NCBI GenBank assembly: GCA_022545705.1
Contig: JACZQN010000001.1
Location: 940-64,939 of the forward strand
Direction of reading: 5' to 3'
Length of the DNA: 64,000 nt
Origin: Nitrospirota bacterium
Lineage (GTDB): Bacteria > Nitrospirota > Nitrospiria > Nitrospirales > Nitrospiraceae
Shown: positions 56,363-64,000 of the stretch, piece after piece
How the letters are laid out: each line of letters opens with the position of its first letter
How positions within the stretch are numbered: position 1 is the stretch's first letter
Translations under genes and position numbers: made by a program
Notes under the pieces: generated by a model
Seen by the model: the letters and a program-made list of their open reading frames with translations, nothing else
Databases searched by the model: none
Told to the model about the DNA's origin: nothing

Positions 56363-57100
56363 TCATCCTGACCTCCGTGACCGACGGGCCTTCCTATTCT
56401 CGCGTTTGGCTTCCGGCGATGATGCCAGGGAGGCCTGCGTCAGCTCGGCGCGAAACTGCTTGATGCGGTCGCGAATCACTCGATAGCGACCGGCCAGAAT
56501 CAGTGCAGCCAGTAGCCCGGCGTTTTCTGCTCCGCCGATCGCGACGGTGGCCACAGGGACGCCTCTTGGCATCTGCACAATGGATAACAACGAATCGAGG
56601 CCCCGCAAGTGTTCCGTGGGAATCGGGACACCAATGACCGGGAGATGCGTCTTGGCCGCCAGAATGCCCGGGAGGTGCGCCGCGCCGCCTGCGCCGGCCA
56701 CGATCACTTCAATACCCCGCTCCGCTGCCTGCGAGGCGTATTCAAACAGGCGGTCGGGCGCCCGGTGAGCCGAGAGCACCAGCAGCTCGTTCGGCACACC
56801 TAACCGGCTCAACATGGCAACCGATTTTTCGAGCACCGGCAAATCGGTTTTGCTCCCAGCGAGCACGGCCACGAGCGCTGGGACGTCAGAGGAGTCGCGT
56901 GGAGCACGGGGCCAAGAAAGAGCAATCTGTAGTTCTCCGGAAACAAGGCTTTGCGCTATCTTCAGCTCCACGGTGACCGGGTGCCGGACTGGTAAACTGG
57001 AACCGTTGACCCGCACGACGCCCTTGCGCTCGATCTCCTGCAGGATCTGTCTCAGTTCTGTGATCCCCCGAATTGCTTTTCTCGTACTCCGACGGGCCAT
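56363..57100 (-). CDS. purE: 5-(carboxyamino)imidazole ribonucleotide mutase PurE with an amphi-Trp-like N-terminal domain
   Basis: PurE core VAVLAGSKTDLPV...LSAHRAPD...AGAGGAAHLPG...PVIGVP. About 75 extra N-terminal residues end in VTVELKIAQSLVSGELQIALSW. Confidence 0.85.
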   Translation of the reverse strand: MARRSTRKAIRGITELRQILQEIERKGVVRVNGSSLPVRHPVTVELKIAQSLVSGELQIALSWPRAPRDSSDVPALVAVLAGSKTDLPVLEKSVAMLSRLGVPNELLVLSAHRAPDRLFEYASQAAERGIEVIVAGAGGAAHLPGILAAKTHLPVIGVPIPTEHLRGLDSLLSIVQMPRGVPVATVAIGGAENAGLLAALILAGRYRVIRDRIKQFRAELTQASLASSPEAKRENRKARRSRRSG

Positions 57101-57214
57101 CCGTTCCTCCGCTCACCGCGGCGTTGCTCGTCGCGTTCCCGTAACGCCTCGCCTCGTGGGCACACCAACAAAGGCCGCGTCGTGGAGACAATGCGACCAA
57201 CAGAGACCGAAGGC

Positions 57215-58147
57215 TCAGTGTCGATCGAAGCCAGTGCGCACCCGGCCGAGGATGCGATAGATGAGCCGGGCAATGGCAAACTGGGGAGCGACGAACCCCT
57301 CGATGGGGGCGATCTCGCTGACGTCCATGCCAATCATTCCCGGTCCCTCGGCCAGCGCCGTCACCAATGTGAGGGTGTCATACCAGCCCAGACCTCCCGG
57401 TTCCGGGGTCCCCAAGGCCGGCACCAACGACGCATCCAGCCCGTCGCAATCAAACGTGAGATAGACGGGCCCTGAGCAGGCCTTTACAACTTCCGGCACC
57501 CACTTGGTGGCTCGACCTTCGTAGGGACCCGCTGGATCCAGGATCTGTGCGGCGAAGAACGTGGTGATCGTTTTGGTGCTGCGGATCAAGTTGATCTCTT
57601 CAGGAGAGATGGACCGGATCCCCACCTGAATCAGGGGCAGCCCCTCCTCCACGACTCGGGCCATCACGCTGGCGTGACTATAGGGGTTTCCTTGGTAGGC
57701 CTGGCGCAGATCCCCATGAGCGTCCACCTGCACTACACAGAGGTTCGGCCAGCGACGGGCGTGCGCCCGGATCGCGCCCAGAGCGCCGGTATGTTCACCG
57801 GTGAGCGTCACGACGAACCGGCCTGGCTTCATATGCGGACGGACGAAAGCCTCAATCGAATCTACCGCGGCTTTATCCACCTTTCCCGCAAGATCCAGAT
57901 AGGCCGCCGTCGCCACTCCGTTCCAACGCTGGTACGTTTCGGAGCCAAGCTGTTCGTCGTAGAGCTCGACTTGTCGTGAAGCTTCGAGAATGGCTGACGG
58001 CCCACGAGCGGATCCCGAGACATAGCTGGAAGTGTGCTCATACGGGACCGGAAGGACGTACACACCGGCCTGTTGCGGATGGCACCATGGCTCGTCGATC
58101 CCCAGAAAATTCTGCTCCGGACCGAGCCAGCCCTCTGGCAACGTCAT
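57215..58147 (-). CDS. speB: agmatinase (arginase fold)
   Basis: Mn-ligand motifs VQVDAHGDL, SHASV and TFDCDGLD. GGAGGT RBS before ATG 58147. Confidence 0.9.
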   Translation of the reverse strand: MTLPEGWLGPEQNFLGIDEPWCHPQQAGVYVLPVPYEHTSSYVSGSARGPSAILEASRQVELYDEQLGSETYQRWNGVATAAYLDLAGKVDKAAVDSIEAFVRPHMKPGRFVVTLTGEHTGALGAIRAHARRWPNLCVVQVDAHGDLRQAYQGNPYSHASVMARVVEEGLPLIQVGIRSISPEEINLIRSTKTITTFFAAQILDPAGPYEGRATKWVPEVVKACSGPVYLTFDCDGLDASLVPALGTPEPGGLGWYDTLTLVTALAEGPGMIGMDVSEIAPIEGFVAPQFAIARLIYRILGRVRTGFDRH

Positions 58148-58151
58148 GGAC

Positions 58152-58727
58152 CTACCTCCGGCCTCGTGTCCTCTTCGGAAGGTTCTCGAGGGGAATAAAA
58201 ATCGCCAACGCGACGACCGTCGCCCACCGGCCGGCCTTGCCGATCGCGGATTGCGTGATATTGACCGTCCGAACGATTTTCCCTCCCATCTTGAAGACCT
58301 GCTCGCGTTCTTTCCAGGCCAGGTTCGCATCGAACTCAATACCCAGCGTCGTTGCCAACATCTGCGCCGCCAGATCTTCCGTGTATTCTCCGGACTCTTC
58401 ATCGGTCTCACCGTAGGCGTGATGTTCGGAGAGATACCCGTAGGTCCGACGGTCGGTGGGGATAGCCAGACCGATGGATGCAGAGATCAACCGATTCCGC
58501 TCGTTGGTTTCTGAGCGGGCCATCACGCAATGGGTAATTTCACCTGGCCTGAGCAGGCCCTCCCCGCGTTTGCGCGGGATGATCTTGCATTTTGGCGGCA
58601 AAATCGAGGACACGCTGACCAGATTACAGTAGGCGACCCCGGCTCTGCGCAACGCTTGCTCGAAAGACGCCAGCTTCTCTCTGTGAATCCCAACGCCCCT
58701 CGTCAGAAACAGGTGAGTCGGAACCAT
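58152..58727 (-). CDS. pdaD: pyruvoyl-dependent arginine decarboxylase
   Basis: [13 protein letters not shown]... and the self-cleavage region [11 protein letters not shown]. Confidence 0.9.
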   Translation of the reverse strand: MVPTHLFLTRGVGIHREKLASFEQALRRAGVAYCNLVSVSSILPPKCKIIPRKRGEGLLRPGEITHCVMARSETNERNRLISASIGLAIPTDRRTYGYLSEHHAYGETDEESGEYTEDLAAQMLATTLGIEFDANLAWKEREQVFKMGGKIVRTVNITQSAIGKAGRWATVVALAIFIPLENLPKRTRGRR

Positions 58728-58907
58728 TGCTTCTCCATTGAGGCCACACGGACCACCTTAGCACACGGAATGCGTCATCGCAGAGCGGCGCCCAGTCGTT
58801 GGGCCGCGTACTGCAGTCGCACTTGTATCAATATGAAAGAGATTCCGCAATATGGTGGGAGGCGATTTTTTGTGTGGAGGCCCTTCCCCTCTGGGCGGCT
58901 GGACAAT

Positions 58908-60362
58908 TCACGAATCCCTGAGGTTGAGCACGAGAAGCTTCAGCTCGGTCATCTCTTCGATCGCGTAGCGCACTCCCTCTCGGCCCAATCCTGAGTCTTT
59001 CACTCCCCCATAGGGCATGTGATCAGCACGAAAGGTCGGAATTTCATTGGTCAGCACCGTACCAACTTCAAGTTCTCTGTAAGCACGGAACGCCCGATTG
59101 ACGTCAGACGTGAAGATTCCCGCTTGGAGACCAAACGGGCTTGCATTCATGGCATCGAGCGCCTCCTCAAACTTCTGATACCGCGTGACGGTCACAACCG
59201 GCCCGAAGACTTCCATGCACGACACTTTCATTCCCGGCGTCACGTCGGTCAAGACCGTGGCTTCCACCAGGGAGCCAGATCGCTTCCCGCCCATCAGCAC
59301 CTTCGCGCCCATCGCGACGGCTTCTGCAACCCACTCTTCCACCCTTCGAGCCGCCGCCTCGTCAATCAGAGGCCCGATCACCGTCGCGTCGTCGGCTGGG
59401 TCTCCGGATCGGAGCGCGCCGATGCGGGTCAGAAGCCGCTCCAGGAAGCGATCATACACAGCGTCCTGTACGAAGATACGCTGCACTGAGATGCAGGTCT
59501 GGCCTGAGTAGCTATAGCCTCCGGTCGCGCACCGTTGGGCTGCGAGATCAATGTCCGCGTCCGGCTCCACGATCACACCGGCGTTCCCGCCCAATTCGAG
59601 CACGACACGCTTCTTGCCGCACTTGTCCTTGAGTGTCCAGCCCACCGCTGCGCTTCCTGTGAAGCTCAATAACTTGAAGCGCGGGTCCCTCACCATCCGT
59701 TCGGCAACAGCATTCGCACACGGGATCACGCTCAGCGTTCCCGGCGGCAGACCGCTCTCCAGCACGAGTTCTGCGAGCAGCAAGGAGGTGAGGGGCGCCT
59801 GCGGTGCTGGCTTCAGGACAAGAGGGTTTCCGCATGCCAGGCAGGGCGCGAGCTTGTGGGCAACCAGATTCAGGGGGAAATTAAACGGAGTGATGCCGAG
59901 CACCGGCCCGATCGGAAATCGGCGGGAAATCCCGATGTGGGTCTCGGAGCCTTGTGCGAGATCAAGCGGGACCACCTCGCCTGGAATCCGCTTGGCCTCC
60001 TCAGCCGCAATCGTGAAAGTCTGAATGGCGCGGCTGACCTCACGTCGCGCGTCTGAAATCGGTTTCCCAGCCTCGGTGGTAATGGTCCGAGCAAACTTCT
60101 CCTGGCGGTCGGCCAGCAACTGGGCAATCTTGTTCAGGGCGTTGGCCCTCGCATAAGCCGGCAGCCGTCGGAGAACCGAGAACGCAGTGAGGGAAGCACT
60201 CGTGGCTTCATCGGCCTCGGCGTCTCCTGCCTGACAGACCTCCGCCACCGTGGCCCTGCTGAACGGATTCGCCACCGGCAAGGTCTCCGGAGTGTATCGC
60301 CACTGATCTGCGATCAGGAATGGGCGCGCGGTACCCACCGTGAGCGTTCCTTCTCCAACCAA
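58908..60362 (-). CDS. NAD(P)-dependent aldehyde dehydrogenase
   Basis: Catalytic Glu LELGGNA, catalytic Cys GQTCISVQR and PFGGVKDSG. Confidence 0.9.
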   Translation of the reverse strand: MVGEGTLTVGTARPFLIADQWRYTPETLPVANPFSRATVAEVCQAGDAEADEATSASLTAFSVLRRLPAYARANALNKIAQLLADRQEKFARTITTEAGKPISDARREVSRAIQTFTIAAEEAKRIPGEVVPLDLAQGSETHIGISRRFPIGPVLGITPFNFPLNLVAHKLAPCLACGNPLVLKPAPQAPLTSLLLAELVLESGLPPGTLSVIPCANAVAERMVRDPRFKLLSFTGSAAVGWTLKDKCGKKRVVLELGGNAGVIVEPDADIDLAAQRCATGGYSYSGQTCISVQRIFVQDAVYDRFLERLLTRIGALRSGDPADDATVIGPLIDEAAARRVEEWVAEAVAMGAKVLMGGKRSGSLVEATVLTDVTPGMKVSCMEVFGPVVTVTRYQKFEEALDAMNASPFGLQAGIFTSDVNRAFRAYRELEVGTVLTNEIPTFRADHMPYGGVKDSGLGREGVRYAIEEMTELKLLVLNLRDS

Positions 60363-60366
60363 TCAC

Positions 60367-60642
60367 TCATTCGTTCGGCTCAACACCCCAAGCCGGATCC
60401 GGCAGGGAAGGTTGAGCAACGGCAGCCTGAGCCTCCACGGCCTTGGCGATCAGTTGTTCGCTGCCCCAGTCACGAATGGAATCAAGCGTGAACGCTTCGT
60501 ACGTCGAGACGCCGTGACAAGCCGGACAGTCCGGAACCGGCACGTTGCGTCGAAACACCTCGTTCAGGCAGGACATGCAGACCAGGAGATCCGGTTCGCC
60601 GTCTTCGCACTCGACCGGCCAGAACACTTGTTCCTGTGACAT
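60367..60642 (-). CDS. hypothetical Cys-rich small protein (possible zinc ribbon)
   Basis: CMSC...CPAC pairs. Its stop lies 4 nt before the aldehyde dehydrogenase start. Confidence 0.5.
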   Translation of the reverse strand: MSQEQVFWPVECEDGEPDLLVCMSCLNEVFRRNVPVPDCPACHGVSTYEAFTLDSIRDWGSEQLIAKAVEAQAAVAQPSLPDPAWGVEPNE

Positions 60643-60724
60643 GGCTCCCTTCTCGATTTGTACTACCTGGGCAGAAGACCAGACGGAGGAAGGATAGGAT
60701 TTCTCCCTGAAGAATTCAACTCTT

Positions 60725-61399
60725 TCATTTCTCAGTCGGCGCGCCTAGGAGGCGCTCGATCTGCTCCTGAAACACCTCGTACGGAAACGCGCCAGGGAGC
60801 AAGACCGGAGGGTCTTCTCCAGCGCCCTGGGTCCTCAGCAGCAGAAACCCGGGAGTGCCACGAAAGCCAAGCTTCACTCCTTCAGCACGGTCCTCGAAGA
60901 TCGCCTCCGCATGGTGGCCTGCGCGGACGCACTTCGTGAAGGACGGAAGGTCCAGACCGATTCTTGTGGCGTGGTGCTTGAACATCGCAAACGTGAACAC
61001 CCCGCTCTCGAACAGCCGATCATGCATCACCCAATAACGGCTCTGGTCGCCCGCGCAGCGTGCTGCGACAGCAGCAGTCAGCCCCGGGCCTCGGAACGCG
61101 CGGGGATAGTCTCGGTACAAAAACCGCACCTTCCCCGTCTGAACATAATTCGCCTGGATTCGCGGCCATGTTTCCCTGAAAAACTTCGTGCAGTACCCAC
61201 AAGTGAAGTCGGAGTACTCGATGAGCGTCACCGGCGCATTCGGATCTCCTCGCATCCGTCCGTCATCCCGGACGAGTTGTTCGGTGGACTGCGCGCCGCT
61301 CCAATCCGGAGCCACGAGCAGGAGTGCGAGCCAGGCGCCCAGCCAAATCGGAGTTGGCCGTCGGAGCGCCGTCGGACAATGCGTGACCACCTCATCCAT
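60725..61399 (-). CDS. DsbA-family thiol:disulfide oxidoreductase
   Basis: Signal/anchor and the thioredoxin-fold active site FTCGYCTKF. Confidence 0.85.
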   Translation of the reverse strand: MDEVVTHCPTALRRPTPIWLGAWLALLLVAPDWSGAQSTEQLVRDDGRMRGDPNAPVTLIEYSDFTCGYCTKFFRETWPRIQANYVQTGKVRFLYRDYPRAFRGPGLTAAVAARCAGDQSRYWVMHDRLFESGVFTFAMFKHHATRIGLDLPSFTKCVRAGHHAEAIFEDRAEGVKLGFRGTPGFLLLRTQGAGEDPPVLLPGAFPYEVFQEQIERLLGAPTEK

Positions 61400-61426
61400 G
61401 ATCGATTCACTTACACTGAGAATAGA

Positions 61427-61840
61427 TTAGTCCTCTTCACTGCGGACGCGGGCACGCAGCTGCTTGGCTAAGTGCCGTCGCCTTTTCTCGGAGAGCCGCT
61501 GCTCGACAGCCCGCCTCGATACGCGCGTCCGGACCCGAGCCTTACGCACACGGTTGAGCTCCTCAAGCTTGGCAATGAGCCGCGCGAACGCGATTTCTCG
61601 GTTCCGGTGCTGCGACCGGGAGTCAGCCGCCAGCACCCGTACACCGGAGGGCAAGTGCCGTAACCGGACGGCAGACTCAGTCACGTTACGGTGCTGGCCG
61701 CCTGGTCCCCCGGAGCGGAAACGTTCCGTGACCACCTCCCGCTCCAAGGCCACACGGTCCGTATGATACGGGGGCTGGGAGGAGCGCAGCTTGGAACCTC
61801 TTTCATGATGCTGGGATCGGTCTGGCAAAGCGCGTGACAA
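61427..61840 (-). CDS. arfB: alternative ribosome-rescue factor ArfB (peptidyl-tRNA hydrolase, GGQ domain)
   Basis: SGGPGGQHRNVTESAVRLRHLPSG and a basic C-terminal tail. Confidence 0.85.
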   Translation of the reverse strand: MSRALPDRSQHHERGSKLRSSQPPYHTDRVALEREVVTERFRSGGPGGQHRNVTESAVRLRHLPSGVRVLAADSRSQHRNREIAFARLIAKLEELNRVRKARVRTRVSRRAVEQRLSEKRRRHLAKQLRARVRSEED

Positions 61841-61846
61841 GCAGCC

Positions 61847-62953
61847 TCAGGAGGCATTCTGTTTGGCTCGTTGCCGTTCGACGAGGCCCATCATCAGCAA
61901 CGGCCAGACCACCGTCGCATCACTCAGAACTTCCGCAAAGCGACCGCCTTCCTCCTCGGGAACAAACTTACCCCAGGAGACTCCCTCCTGATACGTGCAT
62001 CCACTGAGCCCACCCCAATAGTCTGGCTCCGGACAGATCCGCACACCATAACGGAAGCGGGGCGGCTTAAGATGGAGGCCCAACCGAAGGTTGCCAATTT
62101 CCACATACGGCCCCACTTGCTGAGCCCAATTCCTCGGGACGCCTCCACCGATCGTGAAGATCCCCAGCCGTTTCGCTGAGACTAACCGCTCCGTGAAGCT
62201 GTTCAGGTCGAGGTAGGGATTGAACGAGGGATACGATTGATGGATCGCGCGCAGGATGCCCAGGTCATCACTGGGCCCGCCCACCTGGTTTCTCGCTCGG
62301 CCCTGAGCCTCTTGCATCGCCCATGTCCCGACATCCAGCCCCATTTCCGAATCAGTAAAGGCTGGAATGTACACAGGGACGCCCTTGAGGTACGCGCTTA
62401 TCAGGATGCCGGTTCCGTGACGTTCCTCAACGAGTGTGCGCCCCAGCTCGCGCATGAGGATCTCTGAAGAAAGCGTTTGACCCGGCTCGAGCCGCTTGAG
62501 GGTGTGCGCCACGACGTGCTCCACGTAGTTAAGGTTGGCCTCCATCTCCACAGTGTCGTACACCCGGTTGTACCCTTTCCGGAACAATTCTTCATCGCTC
62601 ATGGAGGCCTGATGGCGGTAATGAACCCTGCCGACCGACTCGCTCAAGCCATGCGCGATGAGCGCGCCGGTCGAGACCACGGTTTGCACCATACCGTGGT
62701 CGATCATACTGCTGATGATTTTTCCCATCTTGGCAATGGTCATCGCGCCGGACAGCGTCAGCACCACGAAGCAATCGGGATCCTCGATCATCGTGGTGAG
62801 GATCTCGTAAGCCTCCCCCACCCGACGTCCGCCAAATGCGGTTTTCCGCATGGCGCTCAGCAGATCGGAGAAAGAATGGATTGCCTCAGGATCGAGCGGC
62901 TCGAGTGGTTCGAGCCCATCGTCGGCCCCGTCGTGATACGCGCGCGGTTGCAT
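61847..62953 (-). CDS. deoxyhypusine synthase-like protein (possible homospermidine synthase)
   Basis: Full-length DHS fold pattern (LTLSGAMT..., VSTGALIAHG, FTDSEMG, GGGVPRNW). Confidence 0.85.
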   Translation of the reverse strand: MQPRAYHDGADDGLEPLEPLDPEAIHSFSDLLSAMRKTAFGGRRVGEAYEILTTMIEDPDCFVVLTLSGAMTIAKMGKIISSMIDHGMVQTVVSTGALIAHGLSESVGRVHYRHQASMSDEELFRKGYNRVYDTVEMEANLNYVEHVVAHTLKRLEPGQTLSSEILMRELGRTLVEERHGTGILISAYLKGVPVYIPAFTDSEMGLDVGTWAMQEAQGRARNQVGGPSDDLGILRAIHQSYPSFNPYLDLNSFTERLVSAKRLGIFTIGGGVPRNWAQQVGPYVEIGNLRLGLHLKPPRFRYGVRICPEPDYWGGLSGCTYQEGVSWGKFVPEEEGGRFAEVLSDATVVWPLLMMGLVERQRAKQNAS

Positions 62954-63000
62954 CGCTTCCCCGATCTCTTGACAAGCTCAGAAGGAAGGAATCTCGTTTC

Positions 63001-63029
63001 CTTATACACAACCGTCCCCAGGGCGTCAA
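63001..63029 (-). promoter_or_regulatory. sigma-70-like promoter for the DHS-like/arfB/dsbA gene string
   Basis: Minus strand reads TTGACG (63029-63024), 17 nt, TATAAG (63006-63001), about 48 nt upstream of ATG 62953. Confidence 0.4.
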
Positions 63030-63244
63030 TGCTATCAGCAAGTCTAAACTCTTAGATGTGCCGGAGAATCAGAGCGGATCATCCCCTTGGCCACACTGTT
63101 GCCTGTCACCCGAGCCTGCTCAAACCCTTGGGCGTCAGACACTCTGTGATTCCTCGCCGCGGAAGATCACTCCCATCGCAGACCGTGATTCGCAACCAGT
63201 GGAAGACGGGCAGACCCCTGCGCAGCCTGGCAATGCTCGCTGGC

Positions 63245-64000
63245 TTAAAATTTGGCGATGTCGGATAGGTCCTTGGGATACAGCACGATCTCGATGCGGC
63301 GGTTCTCGGCTCGTCCTTCCAGTGTTTCGTTGCTGGCCACCGGTCTGTTCTCCGCATATCCGACCGCTGACAAGCTCGCTCTGTTCATCCCACCTTTCTC
63401 GATGAGATAGCGAACCACACTCGTTGCGCGAGCAGTGGAGAGTTCCCAATTGGTCGGGAACCGTTCGATGATCTTAGGCCCGATGGGCACGTTGTCGGTG
63501 TGGCCTTCGATTCGGATCTGCTTGTCGGTCACGTGCTTGAGGATATCGCTTACCCTTTTGAGCACCTTGAGGCCGTCCGGTTTTACCTGTGCCCGCCCCG
63601 AGTCAAACAGGACGCGGTCCACCATGTTGATCCTCAGCCGGTCCCGCACCTGCTGGATCTGGATGTCACCCTTCGCGATTTCTGATTCTAGGGACTTCGT
63701 CAGCTCCGCGTGCGTCTGAGTCAGCCGGGCAATCTCGGCCTCCTTGGCCGCCTGTTCCCGCTCGAGGCGCGCCTTCTCCGCCTCCTCGGCCTCGAACTGG
63801 GCAGCCTGCTGCTTTAGCTTAGCCTGGAGCTGGTCCTGCTCCTCTGTCAATATCGCAAGGGTCCGCTCAGTCGCACCCATTGTTTCTTGCTGGGAGCGGA
63901 CTCGAGCGGTCAGCTCGTCGCGCTCCTGGCGGATGCCTGCCGCTTCGTCGCTGAGCGTGGCCAGTTCCCCCGTAAGGCTGCTGATCCGCTGCTTCGAATG
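63245..64000 (-). CDS. OmpA/MotB-family peptidoglycan-binding protein with long N-terminal coiled coil (5' end beyond window)
   Basis: C-terminal OmpA-like domain (IRIEGHTDNVPIG, ELSTARATSVVRYL, NRRIEIVL). The frame stays open from 63880 to the window edge through heptad-rich sequence. Confidence 0.8.
   Translation of the reverse strand, partial: HSKQRISSLTGELATLSDEAAGIRQERDELTARVRSQQETMGATERTLAILTEEQDQLQAKLKQQAAQFEAEEAEKARLEREQAAKEAEIARLTQTHAELTKSLESEIAKGDIQIQQVRDRLRINMVDRVLFDSGRAQVKPDGLKVLKRVSDILKHVTDKQIRIEGHTDNVPIGPKIIERFPTNWELSTARATSVVRYLIEKGGMNRASLSAVGYAENRPVASNETLEGRAENRRIEIVLYPKDLSDIAKF

Overview
A 64-kb stretch of a moderately GC-rich bacterial chromosome. The gene content looks Nitrospirota/Nitrospira-like to me: an F0-only atp operon, rny-ymdB, zapB-zapA, and a pyruvoyl arginine decarboxylase/agmatinase/deoxyhypusine-synthase-like set. 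That placement is an inference I cannot verify here. I support about 60 protein genes, and almost all are housekeeping. They cover DNA repair (polX, xseAB), tRNA/rRNA modification (thiI, rlmN, tlyA, dus), and cofactor synthesis (coaE, nadB, pabBC, purE). They also cover cell division and envelope (zapAB, two lytic transglycosylases, an M23 peptidase, hflKC, an msbA-like exporter, an OmpA-like protein), the ATP synthase F0 sector, RNase Y and polyamine synthesis. I found no rRNA, tRNA, CRISPR, transposase, integrase or recognisable phage/defence genes.

One accessory, compositionally mosaic patch lies at about 9.2-16.5 kb. It holds:
- a truncated hydrolase
- an AT-rich spacer
- a very GC-rich flavin monooxygenase
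- an AT-rich exported truncated haemoglobin
- a 217-bp MITE-like palindromic element
- an arsM-arsR-arsS-PiT arsenic methylation/arsenosugar-type operon

The most unusual signals are non-coding or sub-threshold:
- A consensus-promoter-driven, roughly 280-nt rod-like hairpin element/RNA candidate lies upstream of a LOG-family gene. A rearranged partial copy sits in the leader of a TonB-dependent receptor.
- A 10-mer (ATGAYTCAAT) is clustered in two unrelated intergenic regions.
- A 31-codon bS22-like ribosomal protein gene is missed by the ORF track.
- There is an internally deleted fhs pseudogene.
- A 553-bp non-coding gap separates zapA and rny.

I did not find a convincing multi-gene novel system. 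The orphan DGQHR (DndB-like) gene coupled to polX and the amphi-Trp-PurE fusion are the most interesting protein-level oddities.
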